Source: Tubiluchus corallicola (taxonomy: Eukaryota; Animalia; Priapulida). Taken from it: 64,000 nucleotides of DNA. The translations under genes were made by a program, and so were the position numbers. The notes below the pieces were generated by a model. The model was not told the DNA's origin. It saw only the letters and a list, made by a program, of their open reading frames with translations, and searched no databases. Below, in pieces: positions 13,540 through 25,015 of the stretch; within the stretch, counting starts at the first letter, position 1; every line of letters starts with the position of its first letter. The DNA is taken from assembly GCA_030141605.1 (NCBI GenBank), contig JAQGDQ010000737.1, forward strand, positions 40,409 to 104,408, read 5' to 3'.

Positions 13540-14812
13540 CTAGAAAAGAGTTCCAGAAATGAAAAGAGTTCCAGAAACACTAGGTTCTAGAAACCAAAAG
13601 AGAAGCTAGAAAAGGGTTCCAGGATTAAAGCAGTTGCAGAGACAAAAAGAGTTCCAGAAAGTTTCTAGATTTAAAAGAGTTGCAGAAAGTTGCTGGAATG
13701 AAAAAAGTTGCAGAATTAAAAGAGTTGCAGAATTGAAAAGTGTTGCAGAATTAAAAGAGTTCCAGAATTAAAAGAGTTGCAGAATTAAAAGAGTTCCAGA
13801 ATTAAAAGAGTTGCAGAATTAAAAGAGTTGCAGAATTGAAAAGAGTTGCAGAATTGAAAAGAGTTGCAGAATTAAAAGAGTTCCAGAATTGAAAAGAGTT
13901 GCAGAATTAAAAGAGTTCCAGAATGAAAAGAGTTGCAGAATTGAAAAGAGTTGTAGAATTAAAAGAGTTGCAGAATTGAAAAGAGTTCCAGAATGAAAAG
14001 AGTTGCAGAAAGTTGCTGGAATGAAAAGAGTTGCAGAATTGAAAAGAGTTGCAGAATTAAAAGAGTTGCAGAATTGAAAAGAGTTCCAGAATTGAAAAGA
14101 GTTGCAGAATTAAAAGAGTTGCAGAATTAAAAGAGTTGCAGAATTAAAAGAGTTCCAGAATTAAAAGAGTTCCAGAATTAAAAGAGTTGCAGAATTAAAA
14201 GAGTTCCAGAATTGAAAAGAGTTGCAGAATTAAAAGAGTTCCAGAATGAAAAGAGTTGCAGAATTGAAAAGAGTTCCAGAATGAAAAGAGTTGCAGAATT
14301 GAAAAGAGTTGCAGAAAGTTGCTGGAATGAAAAGAGTTGCAGAATTAAAAGAGTTGCAGAATTGAAAAGAGTTGCAGAATTAAAAGAGTTCCAGAATTAA
14401 AAGAGTTCCAGAATTAAAAGAGTTGCAGAATTAAAAGAGTTCCAGAATTGAAAAGAGTTGCAGAATTAAAAGAGTTCCAGAATGAAAAGAGTTGCAGAAT
14501 TGAAAAGAGTTGTAGAATTAAAAGAGTTGCAGAATTGAAAAGAGTTCCAGAATGAAAAGAGTTGCAAAATTAAAAGAGTTGCAGAAAGTTGCTGGAATGA
14601 AAAGAGTTGCAGAATTAAAAGAGTTGCAGAATTAAAAGAGTTGCAGAATTAAAAGAGTTCCAGAATTGAAAAGAAATGCAGAATTAAAAGAGTTCCAGAA
14701 TGAAAAGAGTTGCAGAATTGAAAAGAGTTCCAGAATTAAAAGAGTTGCAGAATTGAAAAGAGTTGCAGAAAATTCCTGGAATGAAAAAGTTCCACTTGAA
14801 AAAAGTTGCAGA
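13540..14812. repeat. 17/18-bp purine-rich tandem array inside the LTR (~70 units)
   Basis: Units gaattaaaagagtt(g/c)ca and gaattgaaaagagttgca, with a recurring variant gaaagttgctggaatgaaaagagttgca. Confidence 0.96.
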
Positions 14813-15318
14813 TCACAAGTCAGCTAGCTATTGATCCGGGGTTATTCAAGATCTTATACAAATGAGTGAAAGAAGAGACTGGATCATAGTTTTGCTCACT
14901 TTTAGTTAAATGTCGAACATAGTACATATACACAGGACTGGCATGAAAATTGCAACTGCTTAATCTTACTGAAACATGGACTCTAGCATTCTTTGCATGA
15001 CCAATTGCAATTGCTATAGAAGATTTCTTTAACTAGAAACAAGAATAGTATTGATGATATTGTGGATTTCACCTAACTAAAATTAGCTGTATTTTATAGC
15101 AAAGCCAATAGAATAAATTATTTTTAATCTTAGTTCACTTGTTGTTGCTTTTACTCAGTTTAAATTTGAATTACAAATAGCCTCAAGATATTGTCAAAGC
15201 TGAACCCAACATTTTTTTATGTAAAAATAAAGTAAAATAAAGTTAGTTGCAGAGGTCAATGATAGGTGGCACTAACCTAATATCATACCCTTAAGCCGAG
15301 CTGTGCCACACTACATTT

Positions 15319-15336
15319 TGGGGGCTCGTCCGGGAT
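15319..15336 (+). other. Primer-binding site for tRNA-Pro
   Basis: TGGGGGCTCGTCCGGGAT, the 18-nt complement of the tRNA-Pro 3' end (same sequence as the murine leukaemia virus PBS). Confidence 0.93.
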
Positions 15337-15379
15337 TTTGAATTTTGTTTTGAGGCATTGTGATTCAAACTGAGTAAGA

Positions 15380-16834
15380 ATGGCAAGCTGTAATAAAATT
15401 GGTAAAATGAAAGCTATATTATCTTACTTAAAATCCTTTCTGACTTCCACTCCTAAAAGTAGCACTGATACAATTGTGGGAGCACAAAATACAGAGGTCC
15501 ACACAGAAAATGCTATGCATAAGATGGAAACAGATGGAGCAGAACAAGATGGAAAGTTCAGCAAGAGAAGAGCAACACTGCAAAATATCCCAACAGCACT
15601 GCAAAAAGAAGAAAGCTTGCAGCAGACTACATTACAGATAGCACCATCTGTAAAACCAAAAACAACTTTATCCAATCTCGGTACACCTAGTACTGAAAGC
15701 AAGCAAAAACGTGCAAGACATGCAGGCTGGATTGAAGCACCACCTGTAGAAGTACATTCACCATGGTCAGAATGGTCAACAGAGGGAAATGCATCAGAAG
15801 CTGGTGAAGAAGTAGAACCAAGATGGCCACATATAAGTTATGCAACACCAAATCAGCCTGAAGTTGGATGGACACCACTGCCCCATCTTACCAGACAGTC
15901 AACTCCAAATGCGACAGCACAAGCAAAAGGAGCATTCAAAATACGCAAAGAAAAGAAGCCTCCTACTTTTAAAACAGGCGATGGCTTGCAGTTCAGACAA
16001 TTTATTGCAAAGTTTGAACTAGTTGCAAAACACAACAGTTGGCCAAGAACTGAATGGGTTACCCACCTACCCTTATGCTTGGAAGGGGATGCACTTGAAG
16101 TTGCAATGGAAATGGATTTGGATTCTGGTGAAGTGACTTACATGTCACTCATCCAAGCACTGGGTAAACGTTTTGATCCAGCTGAACGCATGCTACAACA
16201 TCGCAGTGAGCTGAGGCATCGAATGAGAAAAGTAAGTGAAACTCCGGAAGAATTTGGAGCTACAGTTCGACGTTTGTTTGGCTTAGCCTATCCTGGTTTG
16301 TCAAAAGAAGCTAGTGAAGCTTTACTAATTGATAAATACCTGGAAGGACTTGGTGACATAGAAGTCAGAAAGCATGCCAGCCTCCAGGAACCAAAAACGC
16401 TTGAGGATGCAATAACAAAAGTTGCACAATATGAGGCAGTGACTAAGGAGGCCGCCGAAGCTAGAAGCAAGAAGCCGCTACAACCGAGAATCAACCAAGT
16501 GAATTATACACACAAAGCATCATCAAGCAAAGAAATAACTTTGGAAGAAATTATGAAAGAGCTGAACAGTGTAAAATACCAGCTGCGTGAACTCACTAAT
16601 AATGAAAAACAAGAAAAGACGTTTAATGTTGAATCAAATATGCAAAAACAAAATGAGGTGAGAAATCAAAATGACTGGCGTGCGAAGGTTGAATGTTACT
16701 ACTGTCACAAGCCTGGACATGTGATGAGATTTTGCAGAGAAAGATTTCCCAAGATGACACAGTTTTCGATAGCTACATCTCGGGTATGGTCTTTCAGTGG
16801 GATAATTCTTGCACTGAAGCTTTCAATGCATTAA
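15380..16834 (+). CDS. gag: Gypsy gag (capsid-like domain and CCHC zinc knuckle); extreme C-terminus probably created by the deletion junction
   Basis: 484-aa ORF: FIAKFELVAKHNSW...LPLCLEGDA...FDP...RMRKVSETPEEFG...EPKTLEDAI; CYYCHKPGHVMRFC. Confidence 0.88.
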   Translation: MASCNKIGKMKAILSYLKSFLTSTPKSSTDTIVGAQNTEVHTENAMHKMETDGAEQDGKFSKRRATLQNIPTALQKEESLQQTTLQIAPSVKPKTTLSNLGTPSTESKQKRARHAGWIEAPPVEVHSPWSEWSTEGNASEAGEEVEPRWPHISYATPNQPEVGWTPLPHLTRQSTPNATAQAKGAFKIRKEKKPPTFKTGDGLQFRQFIAKFELVAKHNSWPRTEWVTHLPLCLEGDALEVAMEMDLDSGEVTYMSLIQALGKRFDPAERMLQHRSELRHRMRKVSETPEEFGATVRRLFGLAYPGLSKEASEALLIDKYLEGLGDIEVRKHASLQEPKTLEDAITKVAQYEAVTKEAAEARSKKPLQPRINQVNYTHKASSSKEITLEEIMKELNSVKYQLRELTNNEKQEKTFNVESNMQKQNEVRNQNDWRAKVECYYCHKPGHVMRFCRERFPKMTQFSIATSRVWSFSGIILALKLSMH

Positions 16835-18853
16835 TTCATCACTTAACTAGAAGCCCAGTGTTGTCATACCCGGCAGCTGATGATCAATTCATCTTGGATA
16901 CTGATGCTTGTGACACTGGAATAGGTAGTATATTGTCGCAACTCCAAGAAGGAGAAGAAAAAGTCATAGGTTATGCTAGGCAAACTTTGAATCAATCTCA
17001 AAAGAAATATTGTACAACCAAGAAAGAACTTCTGGCTGTAATTACATTTGTTCTTAGTGTTGAACATCGTAAAGGTAGCCAGCATGGAAATGCTGATGGG
17101 CTATCCCGACAGTTCCAGTCTGCATTGATAGTTGTAAAATGTCCACGTGTGGATTGTAATGATACCAGGCATAAAGTGTCAGAGAAAATTTGTAATGTTT
17201 CTAGGGGATTGTCTTCTCAGAATGTGACCGATCTGCTGCTAGCCAGTGGTGCGTTTAAGCAGCAGTGACGTGAAGCCAAAGAGTGTTGCTCTAAATGTTC
17301 ACGAGGATGAACATAAAAGTTCTGAGAGTGACATAATTACGGCCCCATCACTGGAGTTGTCTGTTAAGATGGTGAAACCCAGAAGGGGGAGATGAATCCT
17401 ATTGGTGGACCAAGGGAAAGCATACCGCATGACTTGGATGCTGACAGTCCCTTTGATGAAAGAGCCTCCATAGGGCTAGTGCAAAGCCTTGCTGATTTAC
17501 CATTAGACATCTCAAAATGGCGCCTAAAGGAATTAAAAGAGCAAGATGAAGCTATAGATTTCTTTAGGAGGCGAATTAGTGATGGAGAAACTAAACCTGA
17601 TTTTCAAGAAATAGCAGACAAGAGTTCAGATTTTAGAACGTACTGGAACTTATGGGATGCCTTAGAAATATATGATGGACTGCTGTACAAACGATCTGAG
17701 ACTAGCATTACCCCTAGCTCTCCAACAAGGCAGTTGATTGTGCCATATGGATTGCGGCAGAAGATTTTTAATCATCTACATAATCCTAGAACTGGTTCAC
17801 ATCAGGGTGTACACAGAAGTATAGCAAAATTGAAACAGCGCTTTTATTGGCCTGGATATCAAAATGATGTTAAAAGATGGTGTAGGTTTTGCTCTGCTTG
17901 TGCTCGAAGGAAGCCTGGAAAAGGTCCTAAGAGGGGTAACTTCAACAACAAATGCCTATAGGCCTATAGCAATTGATATACTTGGCCCATTGGAAGAAAC
18001 TTCCAAGAAAAATAAAGTGATCATGGTTGTATGTGATTATTTTACTAAGTGGGTAGAAGCATATGCACTTCCTAACCACGAGGCATACACTGTGGCAGAT
18101 ACACTTGTAACAGAATTTATCTGTAGGTATGGCGTACCTTTGCAGATTCATACTGACCAAGGAACTGACTTTGAATCCAAGTTGTTTAAAGGTGTTTGTA
18201 AAGCTCTTGAAATTGAGAAAACTCGTACAACAGTTTACCAACCTCAGTCAGATGGCCTTGTTGGAAGGTTTAACAGAACCTTACAACAAATGTTAGCTAT
18301 ATTCGTAAATGAATATAGGGATGATTGGGACGATCATTTGCCATACGTCCTAATGGCTTATAGAGCCACAGCTCACGCATCTACGGGCTGCTCTCCTGAC
18401 CTAATGATGTTTGGGAGGGAGAACAATATACCCTTAGATATTATGGTAGGGTCGCCTCCACAGCCAGAGAGGCCAACTCACTGTCCTCATGAATATGTAG
18501 GATGGACCAAGGATGTGTTAAAAGAAGCACATGAGTTTGCCCGCAATTCTCTCCGCAAAGCACCAGAGAGACAGAAAAGAGATTATGATACCAATGTTAG
18601 GTCGATGCAGATTAAAGGGGGTGATTGGGCATGGTATTTTTATCCACCGGCACTCAGAAGAAAGTTAGGCCAAGGGTGGCAAGGTCCATATCTTGTTTTA
18701 ACCAAGATTAATGGTGTTACATATAAAATTCAAAAAGATGCTAAATCAAATCCCAAAGTTGTTCATATAGACAATTTGAAGCCGTATTTTGGTGATAAAA
18801 CACCTATGGATTGGACCATGTTAAACAATGTGCCCCAGACCATACAGAGTTAG
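16790..18853 (+). pseudogene. pol: Gypsy pol remnant: RT-RH connection, partial RNase H, integrase (HHCC, core, GPY/F)
   Basis: FQWDNSCTEAF...FILDTDACDTGIGSILSQ...KELLAV. The RNase H middle is deleted before HRKGSQHGNADGLSR. H..HQG...CRFCSAC, IAIDILGP, HTDQG, WQGPY. Stop at 17266, frameshift near 17950, catalytic Glu appears as Gly (SDGLVGRFN). No protease or YxDD RT core. Confidence 0.9.
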
Positions 18854-19173
18854 AAGCAGAAGAAAATGTTTCATTTTTGGGAGAAGATTGTATTTCAGGG
18901 AAGCTGCCATGCGAACCTGAAGAAGCTACAGTTTGTGATTCTGCTTCTGGCTTTGAAACAGAAACCCAGTTTCGCAGAGGTGCTAGAGTGGGGAAAACCA
19001 CCTATTCGATTAGACTTATAAATCACTATGAAATCTGCCTTGGGCAAGGCGTTAAACTGCATCCATCTACACTAATGGGGAGACTGTTGCTCTGAAAATG
19101 GCTCTTCTGTTGGCATCAGAGTGCATAGAAACATTGGAAAACATAAATCTTTATGTTTTTTATTTTGTTTCAG

Positions 19174-19746
19174 ATGAATACACCCACCCATACATCACGA
19201 TTCAAATGTAACAAATGCACTTTTAAGGGTGGATCGTTGCAAGCAATGTCTCTACACTGGAAGCAATGTCAAGCTGGTCAGGCGATGCCCCAGAGCTGGC
19301 CGTTAATGGGAACAGCAGAATCGCAGAAGCAGTTGACGGAGGAAATATATAACATGTTGGTTAGTGTGCACCCAAGACCCATCCCCAAACCACCAGTGGC
19401 AGACAAAAGCACATCTACCACTACTAATGTGGAATCTTCGGGTCATACTAAACCCACTGATGATTCCAACAGAGAGAAGTCGCCATGTAAAAACAGAACT
19501 AAGAGAAAAAGGTCTTCCAAAGAGCGATTGGGTAAGGAAAGTTCCCCGATCAATGAGAAAAGAATAAAAGTGGGACAAGCTTCTTCTGATGTAGTGGAAA
19601 CTGAAGTCCCCACCTAAACTCTTTTGGAAGAGAAGAAATCTATTAGTCCACTAGGAATGAGATGCACTAGACATCTTTCATCTACCTCTTGCAGTTCTAG
19701 CTCTAGTGATAGTGAGACCAGCAGCTCCTGTGATGATCGTGACTAG
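19174..19746 (+). CDS. Accessory ORF3 of the Gypsy element: C2HC zinc finger plus basic/Ser-rich tail (TAA at 19615-19617, frame open again to 19746)
   Basis: ttttttattttgtttcag|ATG. CNKCTFKGGSLQAMSLHWKQC = C-x2-C-x12-H-x3-C; KNRTKRKRSSK. Lies between integrase and the PPT. Confidence 0.62.
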
Positions 19747-20541
19747 AACATGCGACCAGGATAAAATTATGCCACTTAATTTGTATCTGTTTACAATTTA
19801 GAATAGATTGAGATACTGTATTGCGTTTACACTTCTTATGTAAATCAGTTTTTGTAATCTTGTGTAGATTGCATTCTCATTTTTCAGGCATTTTTATTCT
19901 ACCTCAGGTATTCAGTATTAAGAAAAGAAGGTGCAATACTCAGTGTGTTAAAATTACTTTGTTAAATGTTTAGTTCTTTTTAACCTTTTTGCTAGAGATT
20001 TCAGGGAAAAGTAAAAAAAATTCTCATAATTTGGTTTCAAATATCTCTTAACATTATATTATGCAAAGTAATATTATGTTACAATTGGTTGGATATTGTG
20101 ATTAATTGATTAATGTTTTCTTCATTAAAAACAACATTTTGTTTAATTTGAATGTTATACAACATAAGTATTATGCAATGCTTTATTTTGATAAGATGCC
20201 AAAGATTGTATGTCTTACACAGATATATAATAATATAGGTATGTTAACAATGTATTTTGAAAGATATATATTTTATAGAAATGTATCTTGCACATTTTAA
20301 TAAAGTAAAGGATTTTTGCAATTTAAAATTACTGTCTGACATAATTGTACGATTGGAGTGGTTGAAATGACACAGTTACAATCCAGCACTTGTATTGTTA
20401 CTTTCAAACAAGTGCATCAAGTAAAGATACCTACCTAAGTATCTGCAACAAAGACCTACAAAAAGTGGGCAGAGCTTTGTTAACTTCGTCAATACTGCAA
20501 CGAAGTGTGCAACTGCACAAAAGAAATACCTCTTATTTTGG

Positions 20542-20577
20542 CCACCTGAGGGCAGGTGGATTAATTTAAAAGGGGGG
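20542..20577 (+). other. Hairpin plus polypurine tract of the LTR element
   Basis: CCACCTG-aggg-CAGGTGG stem-loop followed by ttaatttAAAAGGGGGG. Confidence 0.75.
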
Positions 20578-23500
20578 TGCGTGGTGTTTTTGCCTTGTTT
20601 AAAACCCACCTAACCTTTGCTACAATAAATAATGCCGTCGCTGGGAGCGGACATGTTTGTTTACAAAAACTAACTATGTAACCCGCCGATAGAGGGCGCG
20701 CAACAAGAAAATCACGCCAATTACGAGCCGTTGGGATGCTCGATAAACAAATTAATTTACCGAAGATTATTTTTAGTAGAGCTTAAACAATTGTTACTAT
20801 TTGTTAGCTGCAAAATAATTAGAAGAAAGTAGATGACAAAGTAAACTGTAAAATAAGCAATTTAGTAGCTTATTAAGAAGATACCAATGAAAATAGGTAG
20901 CAGTTGCTCAAAACCCTTATTTCACATGCAGTATGGTATCACTTGGCAACGCTCATGCGCTGAGCACCGCGTTTGTGTATAAAGCAAGTGTTTTAGTCGA
21001 CATCCACGCATTCACTGAGACAAAAGCAGAGAAAACAAAAACCAGAAGTAAAGCTGAGAAACTAAAACTCAAACTTCCGAGTTGAAGGATGAAATAACTC
21101 AAATTGCCACAGTCATATGAACTTGTGACTGAATTAAGGCAAAGATGTACAAAGGTTTATCTGACAAATTGAACAGCCCATTGCATTCTGAAATAGAATG
21201 ATGCAACCTTAAATTAACAATGCGTCATTTTCAACAAGCAAATTGAAGTTTGCTCTGAATAATAAAGTTGAAGTCATCAACTTATATTGAAATGTGTACT
21301 CCTACTATCATTTTATTGTATCTGATTTATTATTAGAAAATAAACTGGGTAAACTTAATTTCTTTGTTTGCATTTTCTTTCCACAGGTTCAATGTAATCC
21401 AATTTGGTACATATATGCAGAAATGGACCCAAACTTCACACCTACACTATTATTTTAGTGAGGTTAATGTAATGTGGTGCACACAATTCATTCCCCTAGA
21501 CAACAAAAATATTGATAATGCCAAACAGTGCAAACCACGTTACAGAAAAAACAAAATCATTTCCATTCATCAAGAATAATGACAAAGGCTGTTGATAAAT
21601 CTATACAAAAATTGAAAAACAGCTCCACGATATTTTTGGTAGTTTCTGAGAAAGTTTAGTGGCAATCTAACCTGTGCATGAGTCTGAAATTTAATTTTAA
21701 GTTACTATTCTAACCAAATTGATAACAAATTTTGTGCTGTTATAATGGGGTGATTAAACACTCGTGACACCCTTAATTCGCCCCTGTGTGAAGTGTATGA
21801 AGGTTAGAATATTTTTGTATGAATCAATAGTAATGCATCATTAATTTATGTACTAAGCTTGGAATAGACTAAGTGAAGGGCAATGGGATGGCAGAAACAT
21901 GTTACATCAGTATAATGTTAAACCAAATGAATTCTATAAGTTAATGGTGCATTATTATGATATTAACAATATGGCCCAAAAGACAAAGAACCGTTTACAA
22001 ACAGTTAATGCTGTTGAGAATTCTACCCATTTCTAAGGCTGAGAGAGATGCAAAAAATCCCTTTGTCCATATGGAAAGAAGAAGTAAAAAGGAAATTGGA
22101 CTGAAAATACATTAAAGATGTTGCTTGTCAATGTAGAATTAATATGAATTTTGAGAGAGTTATCATCTAGATATTGTTGCTGAGGAAAAATGTGAGAGAA
22201 TGACAAAGCGAGGTTTCTGGAGAATGTTACAGTTTAATGAAATAACCCAATAGACAATGTAATAACTTGTAATTAAAAATTGTGTTTAAGATTAGCTGAG
22301 TGGAAATTGAATTATGGTAGAAATACAGTGACCCTAAGAACAAAAATTACTTAAAAGCCCTTTTTGTAATAAACATGATGATAACATATGTCTTTGAAAA
22401 GTTGTGACGAGAGTTTAAGTAAAAAAATTAGACGAACTTGAAGTGCTTGTTGATGATCTTGACTAAAAGAGATGAGAAAGAAAAGCTGCCAAAACTAGAC
22501 AGGAAGGATCCAAACAGTAATGATGGTAGCGGTAAAGAAAAAAATGAGTTTGGATATTTGGATACAAAAACGTAGTTGTGGAACCAGTTGTTGCTTGTTT
22601 GTTGATGTTGTTGTTTGCGATTTTGCTGAAGTGACGTTGTTGTCATATAAGAATAAAGTCTTAGTCTTCAAAAGTGTTTATGATAATGTGTAAGGCTAGT
22701 ACAAATACACTGTTGAAGACCAAATTTAAAGGGGTGCAGATTATATATGTTTATTCAATATAGATCTCAAAATCCATAGAGTATTGTTAGTGTGGAATTG
22801 AGTCACTTAATCTAGCTAGTTTTATGCAGTGTTCAGCCAATATTATTTTTCGTCAGCTGTCCTTGATAGGCTGAAGCCCGTTAGTGGCTCTTTTGCTTAG
22901 TTCAGAGTGTCTGCTCAACTCGAAGTCTCAGAGACCAGAGCCAACTTTTTGCATTTTTACTTTGTCGACATCTTGTCTCCATGACCTGAGCAACTCCAGG
23001 TCTCTTGATCTTATATTTTCTATAATGTCAATTGCTTTTTTCCATAACTTAAGCTACCATTACGTCTAATGAAAAGAGCTTGGTCAGGAGATAATAGGCA
23101 TTATTACGTCAAGTAAACCTAATTTACAATAAATCCTGCTGTAAAACTTAGCATTAACATAGCATAAAACATCCCACTATAAATTTTTTTATAATACTAA
23201 TGTGTTAAAAAATATAGAATGCTTTTGGATGAGATGTGGGCAGCGTTTGAATTTATGATACTGGCTTGCTGTTAAGGCTTCTACTTTTCTGCTGTCCTTT
23301 TAGCCTACTAACATTTGTGTGGTGAGCGGCCGTTGCGAACGCCTAAAATAAAACTGAATAAACCTTGGGAAAGCAGTTTACATGTTTGCGTAGATCTCTG
23401 TTATTGCGTCAATAGCGGTTCAGCGGTTCAGTAGTTGCTCTTCCCCGTTTCCAAGATGAGCACGACTTATTAAGTATGGAAGAGTAGATTATTTACTTCT

Positions 23501-24079
23501 GACGTCATTATATGGTCATTCCTAGTTCTGCATACGAGCGTCACCCTTGCCATTTATTATGTTTCGTTGTAACATGCTCTTGCTTCCATAATTTCTCTAA
23601 ATGTTCTTACTAGTCATTGAAGTGTAACGCATCTATTTAGTATTTCTGTTGTTTTTGTAGTCTCTGTCCTTATATTACACTTATTTATTATTATTTCCGA
23701 CTTCTCATAACTTAATGCATCTTCTGTTCCATCTTCCCGAATCCTGCACTTAGGATCTAGTAAATCTTTCCATTTGTTAGCAACGGTTGGGATTTTAGGG
23801 TCTCCCTAATTTGATTGATTGGATGAACATAATTTTGGACGGGTAGACGTAGTTTTGAGCGTCCATTCAATAAACTGATGGACGTCTATTTGGCATGTGT
23901 ATTTAATTTCGTGCGTCCATCCACAAAATAATTTTAAGTAAATCAATTGCCCTACGTTATTGTTGACGTAGTGGGCTTAACGCATAGTGCGCTGGACGAC
24001 AGTTTAAACGTAATGGACTCCATATATTATGTGCCAATCATTTTGATTAGTTTTTGCAACATGATTTTTATTTTAACAA

Positions 24080-25015
24080 TGTCCATCACGTCCATTATTA
24101 TTTTAAATTAGTGAATAGACGTTCATCACGGTCATTAAATTTGTGAATAAATGTCCATCTCATCCATATTACGTTCATCACGTCCATTAAATTAGTGAAT
24201 AGACGTCCATCGTGTCCATATTACGTTCATCACGTCCATTAAATTAATGAATAGAAGTCCATCGCATCAATATGGCGCTCATTACATCCATTAAATTAGT
24301 GAATAGACATCCACCGCGTCCATAAGACGTTCATCACATCCATTAAGTTAGTGAAGAGATGTCCACCGTGTCCATATTACGCTCGCCACATCCATTAAAT
24401 TAGTGAATATAGACGTGTATCGTGTCCATATTATGTTCATCACACCCATTAAATTAGTGAATAGACGTCCATTGTGTCCATATTACGTTCATCACGTCCA
24501 TTAAATTAATGAATAGATGTCCATCGCATCCATATTACGCTCATCACACCCATTAAATTAGTGAATAGACATCCGTCGTGTCCATATTACATTTATCACG
24601 TGCATTAAATTAGCGAATAAATGTCTATTGTGTCCATATTACGTTCATCATGTCCATTAAATTAGTGAATAAATGTCCATCGCATCCATATTACGTTCAT
24701 CACGTCCATTAAATTAGTGAATAAATGTTCATCGTGTCCATATTACATTCATCACGTCCATTAAATTAGTGAATAAATGTCCATCGCATCCATATTACCT
24801 TCACCACATCCATTAAATTAGTGAATAAATGTTCATCGTGTCCATATTACGTTCATCACGTCCATTAAATTAGTGAATAAATGTTCATCGTGTCCATATT
24901 ACATTCATCACGTCCATTAAATTAGCGAATGAATGTCCATCGCATCCATATTACCTTCACCACATCCATTAAATTAGTGAATAGACGTCCATATTACATT
25001 CATCAGCTCCATCGA
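24080..25015. repeat. 52-bp minisatellite, ~18 copies
   Basis: Unit attacgttcatcacgtccattaaattagtgaatagacgtccatcgtgtccat. Degenerate opposite-orientation relatives at 23830-24020 and 10780-10975. Confidence 0.93.

Larger units (their letters stand above)
13287..15315 (+). repeat. 5' LTR (~2.0 kb)
   Basis: Starts TGTAAT and ends ACTACA 3 nt before the PBS. TATA box at 13360-13367; AATAAA at 15112 and ~15226-15241. The left boundary is inferred because there is no second LTR to compare. Confidence 0.75.
13287..20577 (+). mobile_element. Defective Ty3/Gypsy LTR retrotransposon: 5' LTR, PBS, gag, deleted pol, extra ORF, PPT; no 3' LTR
   Basis: TG...CA LTR, tRNA-Pro PBS, gag with CCHC knuckle, RNase H then integrase order, and a polypurine tract. 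Confidence 0.93.

Noticed and set aside
14212-14400. ORF inside the LTR array
   Set aside because: Chance open frame in a 17/18-bp repeat.
19174-19746. env gene
   Set aside because: No signal peptide, furin site plus fusion peptide, or transmembrane segment; the protein is hydrophilic with a zinc-finger motif.
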